In this document: piece by piece, positions 22,288 to 32,167 of the stretch
Numbering within the stretch: the stretch's first letter is position 1
Layout: every line of letters begins with the position of its first letter
Assembly (NCBI GenBank): GCA_034669905.1
Contig: JAXMOL010000001.1
Location: 64,001 to 128,000, forward strand
DNA from: Candidatus Hydrogenedentota bacterium
GTDB lineage: Bacteria > Hydrogenedentota > Hydrogenedentia > Hydrogenedentales > JAEUWI01
DNA: 64,000 nt
Direction of reading: 5' to 3'
The notes under the pieces: model-generated
Databases searched by the model: none
The model's input: only the letters and a program-made list of their open reading frames with translations
Told to the model about the DNA's origin: nothing
Made by a program: the position numbers and the translations under genes

Positions 22288-22405
22288 AACCACGAACAAA
22301 CACGAATGGACACGAATTTTGGGAGGCCGTCTTCGCGGGAATGACGACCTCGCTCAATGATTGAATCCATCTTTCTCCATCCGTCATATCCGTTTCATCC
22401 GTGGT
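22288..22405. repeat. composite intergenic short-period repeat cluster
   Basis: AACCACGAACAAACACGAATGGACACGAAT (10-bp period), a CTTCGCGGGAATGAC REP-like half-site, and ATCCGTCATATCCGTTTCATCCGTGGT (9-bp period). Confidence 0.7.
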
Positions 22406-22608
22406 CACAACCGATAGCCGATCCGATAAACGGGAAATACCAAGCCGCGACTACAAATGAGGCATACTAAGACCATAGGCAAGAAAGCGTCTACCTATAA
22501 GAAAAGTGCGCCTGCGAGGAACGTTCAGCCCCCATCGTGGTATAGACGCTACAGGGAGACGCGCACCCCCCACACGATGCGATTCATAGCGGCTTGGAGG
22601 CCATCCCC

Positions 22609-24140
22609 ATGAAATTCCGAATGCTATTGCTTATTGGCGCCCTGTTTGCTTCATGCCTTCCCAAGGCGGCGGGCCTTTCCTATAGCCCCGAAGCCTTTCT
22701 CAGCTGGGAGGAGGTGGTGGCCAACAGCGACTTCGTGGGCGTCATCGAGTGCGTTCGCGCCGGTGCCCACGTTTCTGAATTCGTCGTGTCGATTCCTGGA
22801 AAGGCACCATCGAGCAACCGAGTTTCCGTCTGCAGTCGGCCAATCAGGTCGGTGATCTCTATCTGGCCGCCCTATGTTCTCGTACGCCCACCCCCCCACA
22901 TCTTGAAACGGTCGAATTGATACTTTCCCCTATCGGCGGAATCGAATGGCATCTGGGCCTCTGGCCGGAAGAAGGGCCAGACTATCACATGACCAGCCCT
23001 ATTTCAGGGAGCATCGTCTCCATACCTCAAGGCGTAGAGGAAGAGACCGGTGGCCCCGCGCGCCGCCATCAATTCATGACACCCCGTTTCGAGACACTGA
23101 AAAAACAGGCTCAAGCCGTCATGGAATCGTCGGGGGAAGCGCGGGAAGCGCTCCTGATTGTCCGTGCCCTGAACCATCTGCGGGAACATAGCGCCGCACC
23201 CGGTGAAGCACCTGGACCGGATCTCGTAGATCGAGACGAACGACAGCTGAGCAAACTTTTGACCGTGGTGCTTGGGCCCCACACAGCTCCCGATCGGCAG
23301 TGCATCGCTGGGGCACTTTCACGTGCTGGCGGCAAAGAAACCCTGGCGCGACTCGAGGCCTGGACCTACGAACGCGAAGCAGATCGAGAGTGGCTTGAAA
23401 TCGTCATCTCGCGACTCCGCCACTATGAGTCCGCAAGACATACCCCCCACCAACCCAAGCAACCACCGCCCATACAAATCGTCATGGGCACCCAAGAGGC
23501 CAGAGAGGCGCTGGAAAATTCGCTGGCGAACTACGAACCTCCTTCGAGGAAGCCGCTCAAACTTTGGTGCGACGCCCTTGAGGTAATGACCACCCGAGAC
23601 CCCTACTACGTCGCGACATACTTGCGCGACTTCGATCCATCCGTGTTTTACGGCTATATGGCAGGACAAAATATCGCGGTCTGGTATGCGACACACGTCC
23701 GCCAAAATCGCGTGCGCTGTTTCCAAACCTTAGCCACCGCCAAGCACCCCGGCATCGCGCTGGCCGGTGCTGCGTACTTGCTCCATGAGGACTCCGTACT
23801 GGGAACCCGCACATTAGAATCCTGGGCAGATGCCGACGGCCCTCTTCGCATACCCGCCGCCCAGCTTCTTGTCGCCCATGGCCAATTAGATTTCGTTCCG
23901 GTAATGTTCGAACGCACTCCCCCCACCATCGCGCAAGAAAGCATCTGGCAATCTTTTCAAGCAGCAATGGCAACCCTATCCAACGCAGCGCACAACGCCA
24001 AGGTGCCGCAGCCATTACTGGCCCAAGGGGCAGACCCCACCGGTGCGCCCCAAGACTCCGTGCTCTCCTGGTGGCAATCCTATGAACAAAACCTCACACC
24101 CGATCCCCTACCCGTCCAATGGCCACCGCCCGCAGAGTGA
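22609..24140 (+). pseudogene. frameshifted secreted hypothetical protein (helical, possibly HEAT-like)
   Basis: The signal-peptide ORF from 22609 joins the 22917-24140 frame with a -1 shift near 22788 (..EFVV/DSWKG..). That frame is open from 22779. Confidence 0.65.
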
Positions 24141-24188
24141 TTCCAGCGGTCCCCACGAGATTTTGTCGCCCGCGCCAGGCTGAAGAAA

Positions 24189-25439
24189 CTACGATGCCGC
24201 GATGCAATAGAGAAATTCATTTCCCTTGAGGTAGAGGGTATCCCCTATCACCACGGGCGAGGCATCAAAACCATCGTCCAACTGGTTCGTCCGCAACACC
24301 TTGAGGGACGCATCGTCAGAAAGCACCGTTACGGCGCCATCGCGGTCGGCCACATAGACATGGCCACCGGCACCGACAGGGGAAGCATAGACCCGCCCCA
24401 AATCGTCCAGGGATTCGCGGGCATAGTAGAGTTCACCTGTCTTGGCATTCGCGCAGGAGAGTTTGGGATTCATTCCATCCAGAAAGTAGATGCGCTCGCC
24501 ATAGAGTAAGGGCGAAGGCACGTAAGGCGTTCCGTTGTCGATGTTCCATACGGGCTTGTCGGTCACGTCACCTTTGCTCTTCAGGTCAATGGCCGTGAGG
24601 GCCGCACCCCGGAATCCGCTGGCACAATAGACATTGCCAAAGCCCACCACCGGCGTAGGGATTACATTGACGGTCATGCCGCCACACTCCCAGAGAAGAT
24701 CGCCGTTGGCCACGTTGTAGCTTCGGATACGGTTCGTGGCATTCATGATGACCTGGGTGATGCCATCCACTTCGACGGCATAGGGCGTGGACCAGGTGGT
24801 GCTTTCATCCCGGGCCTTTTCCCAGCGCAGTGCTCCCGTCTTCTTATCGTAGGCCCCGATGCGCGATGGCCCTTCATGGTCCTGCACGACGACGATGCTG
24901 TCACCGGCAAGTACCGGCGAGCTGCCTTCGCCGAAGCCACGGCGGGTGGACATTTTCATGAGGGGCGTGCTCCACACATGGCCACCGTCCAGGTCATAAC
25001 AATGAAGCCCCCGCGAGCCGAAGCTGGCCCACACATGGGTGCCATCGGTCACGGCGGAGTAGGGCGCAAAGCTTCCGGTGGGGTGATGGCCTTCCTGCGG
25101 GACTTCGGTAGCCGCCGTCTTTTGCCACAGGGTCTTCCCGGTGTTGCGATCCAGGCAGACGACGTCAAAGTTCCAGGCCTCGGTGCCCGCCTTCTCCGAT
25201 GCCGCCAGAATGAACAGCTTTTCTCCCCAGATAACCGGCGTGGATTGCCCCGTGCCGGCGAGGGGCACTTTCCATTTCACATTCTTGGTCTCACTCCACT
25301 CCGTGGGGGGAGTACCCGTCGGCGCAACGCCGCTATTGTCGGGCCCCCGCCAGGCGGGCCAGTTGCTATCCGCCACCGCAGCGGTTGCGAGCCCCAGGAA
25401 TGCCAGAAGTAAGGCGGTCACACAGCGAAACGAGGTCAT
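24189..25439 (-). CDS. secreted PQQ-like beta-propeller repeat protein (BamB-like)
   Basis: Signal peptide, NWPAWRGP, repeated S(S/T)PV and G..LW blade motifs. Confidence 0.88.
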   Translation of the reverse strand: MTSFRCVTALLLAFLGLATAAVADSNWPAWRGPDNSGVAPTGTPPTEWSETKNVKWKVPLAGTGQSTPVIWGEKLFILAASEKAGTEAWNFDVVCLDRNTGKTLWQKTAATEVPQEGHHPTGSFAPYSAVTDGTHVWASFGSRGLHCYDLDGGHVWSTPLMKMSTRRGFGEGSSPVLAGDSIVVVQDHEGPSRIGAYDKKTGALRWEKARDESTTWSTPYAVEVDGITQVIMNATNRIRSYNVANGDLLWECGGMTVNVIPTPVVGFGNVYCASGFRGAALTAIDLKSKGDVTDKPVWNIDNGTPYVPSPLLYGERIYFLDGMNPKLSCANAKTGELYYARESLDDLGRVYASPVGAGGHVYVADRDGAVTVLSDDASLKVLRTNQLDDGFDASPVVIGDTLYLKGNEFLYCIAAS

Positions 25440-25649
25440 GGAAATATCCTTTCCAAAAGTGGTTGATGAGTCCGGTGCCTGCGAACACCGGTGGTGGCCG
25501 CACTATATCATTCTTTACCCCTCAAAAATCGAGGTCACGATCAGTGAAATAAGTCAGGACATATAGAAGTACCAGATTTCATCCGCTCTTCATACTCGTC
25601 CGTCACGGCGTTGAGGTGGGTGAGCTACACATCCGAATTCCTTCCATAC

Positions 25650-28600
25650 TTACAAAATCGACTGCGCCCAACGCGCGGCGCGGGCCAGTCGAACCTCTAG
25701 CGCCAATTCACGTGCCGCCGCCATAGTTCCATTGTCCACGCCCTTCAGGTCCAAGAGCTGTTTGGCGAGCTTGGCCGACTTGCCGCTGCACTTTATTTGG
25801 CCCAGCGCATCGGCGGCGGGGCTATCCAGCGCATCGCCCAGTTGGGCGAGAGATTCCAACAACAGCGTCAGGATATGATGGCCGTTTTTGGGAATTTCGC
25901 GCCAACTCCCTACTATGGGCTGAAGCATGCCCGCGACCGCCCAGGTGTGGAGTGGCGATACCTGGGCGACTTCGCCAAGGCAGGCGGCCATGCGCGCTGG
26001 TTGGAACCACTTCATCGTGCAAACGCGCAGCATCGGTTCGGTGAACTGGTCGGGGTGGGCGCGGCCGTCGGCAATGGCTTCGACCAGCACGTCGATGGCC
26101 GTTCTGGAAAGGTCACCCGACGGTGCGAAAAGCGCCAGTCCAATCGCCATGGCGGCCGGGAGCGTGATGGGCTGATCCGGTTCGAAGAGGGGCGTAAGAC
26201 ATTCGCACTCGGGCCATTTCTTGGACGAACTGTTGCCGTAGGCGTGGGCGATGAAGAGGAGCGCGGAGGCAAAGAGGGTGTCGCGGTTGTGGGGCCAGGT
26301 CAAGGCACCCCATTCGAGCTCGAAGGCCTCTCGCCGGATAACTGCACCGCCGCTGGGGAAGGCATGCAGCAGCACACTGGGGCGTGACAGGCGATCCCCA
26401 CCATGCACCCATAGGGGGGTTACTTTCAGGGAGAACTCTTCGCGCAGGGGCCGGTGGAGCCAGCCGCCCCCGGGAACCGCCGCTTCGAACTGGTCCACCG
26501 AAGCCAACACAAGATCCAACCCCCTCTCGGAACTCTCATCGAGCTTCTCCAGGGCTTTCTCCAGCGCCTTGTCCGCTTCTTCGCGCGCTTCTTTCTCTGC
26601 GTTGGCCATCGCGACCTTTTCGTCCCTGTCTATCCAATCGTAAATCGCGGGCCCAGCACCATCGGGACCGAAGAACTGGTCGCCCTTCAAACCAGGCACA
26701 TCAAACACCTGATGGGGATGGCGGCCCCGGGCGGCGGCCAACCATAAATCGGGGTCATCGCCTTTTTTGAAGCCGCCCTCGCCCGTCAGGGCCCAACGGA
26801 CCACCCGCAGCAGTTGCGTCTTTCCGCCGGCCAGCTTGCTGGCTGCCGATTCACGCCCATCGGGCGCGAGTCGAAGCAGGGACTGAACAAGGTCGAGGGT
26901 GCCCGGAGTCGCGTCTTGTTCGGTGAGCGCGCAGAGACGGTCTACCAGGGCCGACGCCATCAGCCAGCCCCCTTCGTGGGTAGGCGTGGCAAGCAGGGGC
27001 AGGTAGGTGCCCTTCAGGATTCGCGCACGAACCGCGCGGATGCGCTGGTTCTGGTACTGCCAGAAGGTGGTACCACGAATTCCAGCGGTTGGTAGTTCCT
27101 CCTCGAAGCGCTCATGCACCTTGCCCCGGGAGAGCCACGTGTAAAGAAGGTGACCGAGCTCCCCCGCCGCCCAGTCCATCCGCTTCAACAGGGGTGCCGC
27201 CAGGCGGTCGAAATTCTCTTCGGCGGCGGGGTCGGTCTCGCTGATGGCACCCAGTAATTGCTCCATCTCCATGGCCGAAATCGTCTCGTCGATCTGCCGT
27301 CCCGCCAGCAAGATGATGTCGTCCAACGTCTCAGGGGGGCAAACCGCCTTCAGCCCCGTGAGCACCGGCACCGTGCCCGAGTCGATCAGCAACGGGGGTG
27401 GCATGGTGTCCGTTTCCAGGGCCGCCCGTGCCGAATCTACCCCCGCCGACGCGCACCATGCCGCCGGAAGCTCGGGCTTCTCAGGTGCCTTGGCCTTTTT
27501 CGCCACCGTCGCTTTTGGCTCGCGCGGCGCAACCGATGGGCCCGTCCCCGCGAGCGCCCGAACACGATCTTGAAGGGTCGTCGCCACATCCTCCACATGG
27601 ACATCGAGGGCCGACCGCGCGCGTTCTCCCAGGGAATCCTTCCACACCTCCAACAATTTCAGGCAGGCCTCCTGAACGTCGGTGTCGGGATGAGCCAGCC
27701 CCTGCTCGCCCACGGCCTCAAGAATGGTGGGTAATTGGGCGGGCGAACGCTTCCCAATCTTCTGCAACTGAGCCAGCACCGACTTGACCAGCCCCTTGCC
27801 CTTGCGCCCAAGCAGCGGGATCGCCCCATCCACAAAGGCCCCGTCATCCAGCGCTTTGGCCTGCTCCACCTTCTTCAGCATCTTGATCGCAAAGGCCACG
27901 ACGCGATCAGACTGCGCAGACAAGAGCGAAATAAGCTGCGCCTGCGACGCCACCACCTCCGCCTTCGATGGATTCATCCCCTCGTAGAAATTCGCCAGTC
28001 TGGAAAGTACGTTCGCGACGTGTCCACCGGCCAGCCCGTCTAAACTGGCGCGCAGCAATCGCTCCCGATCCAACAGGCCCTCCTCGGACAGCGCCCGTAG
28101 CGCATGGGCCAGGGGTTCGTCGTCGCTGTAGTCGGACTCGGCCCAGGGGTCGTCCGGACTCACCAACGCGTACGAATCTACGCGGAGCACGCCATACATA
28201 TCCTTCAACAGGTCGGGGTGATCCCGCAGGTAGTCTGAAGTGCGATAGGTCCCCGGGCTTTTGGGGCCGCTCAACCCACCCTTCCAGTAATTCGTCGTGA
28301 CGCCCCGAGCGAGAAGATGGTAGTAGTTGTCCAGCGTCGGCTTCCCACAAACACCGCGCTCCATCAACGCATAGACCGGAGGCCAGCACACGAAAGACCA
28401 CCACCGCTCCCGTCCAAGCCAGTGGGCCAACCATTGGTCTGCCCATGGTGGTCGTCGATCATCAAGCACCTTTACCAGAGCCGCCCAAAATTCCTCGTTG
28501 TTGTCCATCTCCACCCGCTTCGCATCCGCCAAGGTTCCCAGTGCCAGCCGCAGGAGTCCAACCTTGTGTAAAACCACCGGCGTCGCCTTCTCGAACTGGG

Positions 28601-28817
28601 GAACGATCCATAGGTAGTCCTGCGTCAGATACTTCGCTGGATACATGACCCACTCGTAGTGGTCGGGTATGTGGCCTTTCCTAAAGCCTTTCTTCTCGAA
28701 GTGATTAAAGTGGACATAGAGCGCCTTGCGCTCTTCTTCCGACATTCCGGTGACGGCGGACGCCATCTCGCCTACGTTGCAGGTGATAAGCGTCTGAATC
28801 AGTTCTTCTTCGGTCAT
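25650..28817 (-). CDS. large alpha-helical protein, DUF6493-like (paralog 2)
   Basis: 1055 aa; PTHEGGWL, LLRLAPDGR, AIADGRAHP motifs; homologous along its length to 28839-32045; downstream of the SWIM gene. Confidence 0.75.
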   Translation of the reverse strand: MTEEELIQTLITCNVGEMASAVTGMSEEERKALYVHFNHFEKKGFRKGHIPDHYEWVMYPAKYLTQDYLWIVPQFEKATPVVLHKVGLLRLALGTLADAKRVEMDNNEEFWAALVKVLDDRRPPWADQWLAHWLGRERWWSFVCWPPVYALMERGVCGKPTLDNYYHLLARGVTTNYWKGGLSGPKSPGTYRTSDYLRDHPDLLKDMYGVLRVDSYALVSPDDPWAESDYSDDEPLAHALRALSEEGLLDRERLLRASLDGLAGGHVANVLSRLANFYEGMNPSKAEVVASQAQLISLLSAQSDRVVAFAIKMLKKVEQAKALDDGAFVDGAIPLLGRKGKGLVKSVLAQLQKIGKRSPAQLPTILEAVGEQGLAHPDTDVQEACLKLLEVWKDSLGERARSALDVHVEDVATTLQDRVRALAGTGPSVAPREPKATVAKKAKAPEKPELPAAWCASAGVDSARAALETDTMPPPLLIDSGTVPVLTGLKAVCPPETLDDIILLAGRQIDETISAMEMEQLLGAISETDPAAEENFDRLAAPLLKRMDWAAGELGHLLYTWLSRGKVHERFEEELPTAGIRGTTFWQYQNQRIRAVRARILKGTYLPLLATPTHEGGWLMASALVDRLCALTEQDATPGTLDLVQSLLRLAPDGRESAASKLAGGKTQLLRVVRWALTGEGGFKKGDDPDLWLAAARGRHPHQVFDVPGLKGDQFFGPDGAGPAIYDWIDRDEKVAMANAEKEAREEADKALEKALEKLDESSERGLDLVLASVDQFEAAVPGGGWLHRPLREEFSLKVTPLWVHGGDRLSRPSVLLHAFPSGGAVIRREAFELEWGALTWPHNRDTLFASALLFIAHAYGNSSSKKWPECECLTPLFEPDQPITLPAAMAIGLALFAPSGDLSRTAIDVLVEAIADGRAHPDQFTEPMLRVCTMKWFQPARMAACLGEVAQVSPLHTWAVAGMLQPIVGSWREIPKNGHHILTLLLESLAQLGDALDSPAADALGQIKCSGKSAKLAKQLLDLKGVDNGTMAAARELALEVRLARAARWAQSIL

Positions 28818-28838
28818 GTTCTCTGTGTTCCCTTCAAT

Positions 28839-31800
28839 TCACCCGCCCGTCCACCGCTCCGCGCGGGCGATGCGTGCCGCCAGCATCAGGTTACGCGCCT
28901 CCCGCCATCGCCCAGCAGGGTCTTCCTTGAGCGACATCAGTTGCTTCGCCGCCTTCGTGGCCTTGCCCGTCAGTTTCAGTTGGCCCAGTGATTCACCGGC
29001 CGCAGGCGATTGCCCTTGTCCCAACAGGGTCTTCCACTCAAGCAGGGGATCCAGTACGGCGTGGGCGTCTTTGGGCGCCTCTTTCCAATGGGCGACCAAG
29101 GTATCCATGAGCTCCGCGCACACCCAGGCATGCTGGGGGGAGATTCGGGCCACTTCGATGAGGCTCGTCGCGAGTCGGCTGAGCATGAGGTAGTTTGCCG
29201 TACTCAGGTGAACCAATGTAGGCGCGAGCGTCGCCGGATGGGCGCGGCCATCTTCCACGGCCGTTATCATCAGGTCGATGCCAGCCCGCTGAAGATCTCC
29301 GGTGGGCGCCGAGAGTGCCGTCAACAGAAGCGTCGCGCCCAGGAGTGAAAAGGGGCGATCCGGCTCGTGAAGGGGTTCAAGGGCAAGGAGCTCGGGCCAA
29401 TTTTTCGGCGATTTTTTTTCCAGCTTGGAGGTGATGGAAACCAGGGCGGCCATAACGCCGGGGTCGCTATTCAGGGGCCAGGCCACAACGCCATGGCGGA
29501 TAAGGATAGGTGGCATGAATTCGAGATAGCTCACTTCGGGCACGCCATAATCGAGATTGTGGAGCTGGGTCGTGGGCCGTCCCATGTAGTCCACAGTTTT
29601 CGACCAGCCGTTTTCGACGGCGATGTGTAAGCGGTAACTCAAAAGGCCGTGGGGCGTGGTGCATAGCCGGGTTTCGTCGCCAAATACGGCGGCCTCGAGA
29701 TCATTTTGAAGACATTCGGCGGACTTCCTGTACTTCATGTTCATCCGCTGCAGTTTGAAGTGTTCCTTGAACGCCGCCTTGGTGCGCTCCTGTATGCCTT
29801 TCCCTATTTTCGCCGCCTCCTGCCAACGGACCGCGAAGGCCTCCCGCTCTTCGTCACTCATGAAGGAAAACTTTGTGGGATATCCGCCGTCCGCGCCCTC
29901 AACCGTCTCCGGGTCAATACCCGGCACATTCATGACGTCGTGGGGCGCACGGGAACGAGCCGCCGCGAGCCAGAGCGTCGGGTCATCGTTGGGCCCCGCT
30001 TCTCCCTGGCCGGTCAATACCCAACGTAGTGCGCGCACGGGTGGATAATTCACCGCCTCCAGGGCAGCACCAGCGGCGGCGCGTCCATCGGGTGCCAGAC
30101 GGAGCAGGGCCAGTATGAGATCATAGCGCGGAATGGCCAGTCCGTCTCGGATTAGCATGTTCACCCGCGCCACGAGTACCTCCGGCAATATCCAGGCCCC
30201 CTGGTGGGTGGGCATGGAGAGCATGGGGCCCCGTTGTCCCTTGGCGACCCGTTTGCCGATTTCGAGCAGCCGCTGATCGTAGTTATCGTCGATGGGAAGG
30301 CCGGGCATGCGGTTGCGGTTCAGGCCGGGCAGTTTGTTTTGCTCACGCTCGGTTTTCCCCACGCCGACCTGGGTCTTGCCCCGTGTAAGCCAACAGCGGA
30401 CCAGGCCGATATAGGCTGATTGGCCTTTCATTCGTTGAAGGATTGGTGCGGCCTGCTTGTCGAAGTTGTCCACTTCGTCGGCAGATAGCTGGCTGATGCC
30501 GTGGAAAAGCCGTTCGTTGTCAACGAAACTGCGGACCTCCTGATTCAGGATATCGATAATTTCCTGCGCACGTTCCATCGGCGGAATGGGAGCGAGTCCG
30601 GTAGTAAGTGGCACCTCTAACATGTCGAAGTCGAGGGCGGGTGGCATGGAATCGGACTTCATGGCTTGCATCGCCCCATCCACCCCCGCCAAGGCGCGCC
30701 AGTGCTCTGGAATGGAGGACACGTCTATATCGACCTGGACGGGTGCGGCTGCAACAGGCGGGGCTGGCACTGCGGGCGCCTCCCCTCCCCTGGCGCCGCA
30801 CAGATTCCGGGCGCGCTGCTGCAAGGTCGGCGCGATGTACTCCACGTGTTCCCGGATGGCTTCGATATGCCCATCCCCGAGGTCATTGGAAAACATTTCC
30901 AGAAGATCCAGGGCGCGCGCTTGTACGTCCGTATTCTCGTGTTGAAGAGCCGTTTCCGCCGCTGCATCCAGGATGGCGCTTCGCAAATCGGGCGTGCGTT
31001 TCGCAATAACTTCAAACTGCTTGAGCGCCTTTACAACCAGCCCTTTCGGCTTTCGGCTGAGCAGAGCGGCGGCGCACCCGACAAAGGCAGGGTCGTCCAA
31101 CCGCTTTGATTTACCCAGTTTCGCGAGCCCATTGAAGGCAAAGGTAGCGGTCCGAGCCGCGGGAACCGAAAGCAGTCCCAGATAGGCGTGCTGATGCATC
31201 TCAAGTTCGTCGATGGTGGGCGCCAGCTTGTCATGGAGTTCCATGACACAGGTGACGCGGTTTTTTTTGGGATTTCCCTGCAGGGCGGTAAGGCAGGCTT
31301 CAATAACGCGGCCGCGCTCCACGATGCCTTCGTCGGCGAGTACATGAAATGCACGACCCCAGTTTTCCCGCGCCCATGCTGCGTCGGGCTCCAGGATGTA
31401 GGCATGGCCCGGCTCGTCGAGAAAACCAGCCGTCTGCAATTCGAAGAGGCGCCAGACATCATCGAGCAGGTCGGTGTGATCTCGCAAGTACTCGCTGATG
31501 GTCGGCCAAGGCTGGTCGCTCCTGATGGTGAATGCGTGGGCGCCCACACCCACCGCCATCGCATGGTAATACCCGTCTATTGTCGGCTTCTCACAGACGC
31601 CCTCCCGAAGCAGTCGGTAGAGTAGTTCCCATGGCGGTGGCATCCAGTCGCGGGTAACCCGAAGGTTCTTCGTCTCGATCCATTTTTGCAGCCAGCTCGG
31701 CTTCCGCTCCCGGAGTACTCGAAGGACAGCTTCAGCATGCTCGGGACGAAAACTGCTCAACGGCGCCTTGGCGGCCTCCGCAGCTGTTCCCGTACCGAGC

Positions 31801-32045
31801 AAGGCGAGTTTGATGGCGCGCCAGGACCGATCGGTCCACAGGGGAACTAACCGGTCGGCATAGGGTACCAGTGATGGTTCCATCCTGGCCAGGGTTTCGG
31901 CGTCGATATCCCGTTCCAGACGGTCCAACGCAACCGCGGTACTGGCCAAGGCGCGCCGTTCCTTTTCCTTTAAAGGTGACAAGAAGGCTGCCACGGCCTC
32001 TACGTCACCCCCCAAAATGACGTCAACAAAATCGGACTCCGACAC
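28839..32045 (-). CDS. large alpha-helical protein, DUF6493-like (paralog 1)
   Basis: GTG start after GAGGAGG; PTHQGAWI, LLRLAPDGR, AVEDGRAHP; homologous to 25650-28817. Confidence 0.75.
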   Translation of the reverse strand: MSESDFVDVILGGDVEAVAAFLSPLKEKERRALASTAVALDRLERDIDAETLARMEPSLVPYADRLVPLWTDRSWRAIKLALLGTGTAAEAAKAPLSSFRPEHAEAVLRVLRERKPSWLQKWIETKNLRVTRDWMPPPWELLYRLLREGVCEKPTIDGYYHAMAVGVGAHAFTIRSDQPWPTISEYLRDHTDLLDDVWRLFELQTAGFLDEPGHAYILEPDAAWARENWGRAFHVLADEGIVERGRVIEACLTALQGNPKKNRVTCVMELHDKLAPTIDELEMHQHAYLGLLSVPAARTATFAFNGLAKLGKSKRLDDPAFVGCAAALLSRKPKGLVVKALKQFEVIAKRTPDLRSAILDAAAETALQHENTDVQARALDLLEMFSNDLGDGHIEAIREHVEYIAPTLQQRARNLCGARGGEAPAVPAPPVAAAPVQVDIDVSSIPEHWRALAGVDGAMQAMKSDSMPPALDFDMLEVPLTTGLAPIPPMERAQEIIDILNQEVRSFVDNERLFHGISQLSADEVDNFDKQAAPILQRMKGQSAYIGLVRCWLTRGKTQVGVGKTEREQNKLPGLNRNRMPGLPIDDNYDQRLLEIGKRVAKGQRGPMLSMPTHQGAWILPEVLVARVNMLIRDGLAIPRYDLILALLRLAPDGRAAAGAALEAVNYPPVRALRWVLTGQGEAGPNDDPTLWLAAARSRAPHDVMNVPGIDPETVEGADGGYPTKFSFMSDEEREAFAVRWQEAAKIGKGIQERTKAAFKEHFKLQRMNMKYRKSAECLQNDLEAAVFGDETRLCTTPHGLLSYRLHIAVENGWSKTVDYMGRPTTQLHNLDYGVPEVSYLEFMPPILIRHGVVAWPLNSDPGVMAALVSITSKLEKKSPKNWPELLALEPLHEPDRPFSLLGATLLLTALSAPTGDLQRAGIDLMITAVEDGRAHPATLAPTLVHLSTANYLMLSRLATSLIEVARISPQHAWVCAELMDTLVAHWKEAPKDAHAVLDPLLEWKTLLGQGQSPAAGESLGQLKLTGKATKAAKQLMSLKEDPAGRWREARNLMLAARIARAERWTGG

Positions 32046-32167
32046 AGCAATCCTCCTCAGAAATGGCTTAGATCCAACTCTTCCCGGTAGCGCCCTATGC
32101 CCCACCGCGTTGCCGCATGTTGCGATGCCGCTGTGGAAACGACAGCGGCCATGCTATGCCGCCGCCC

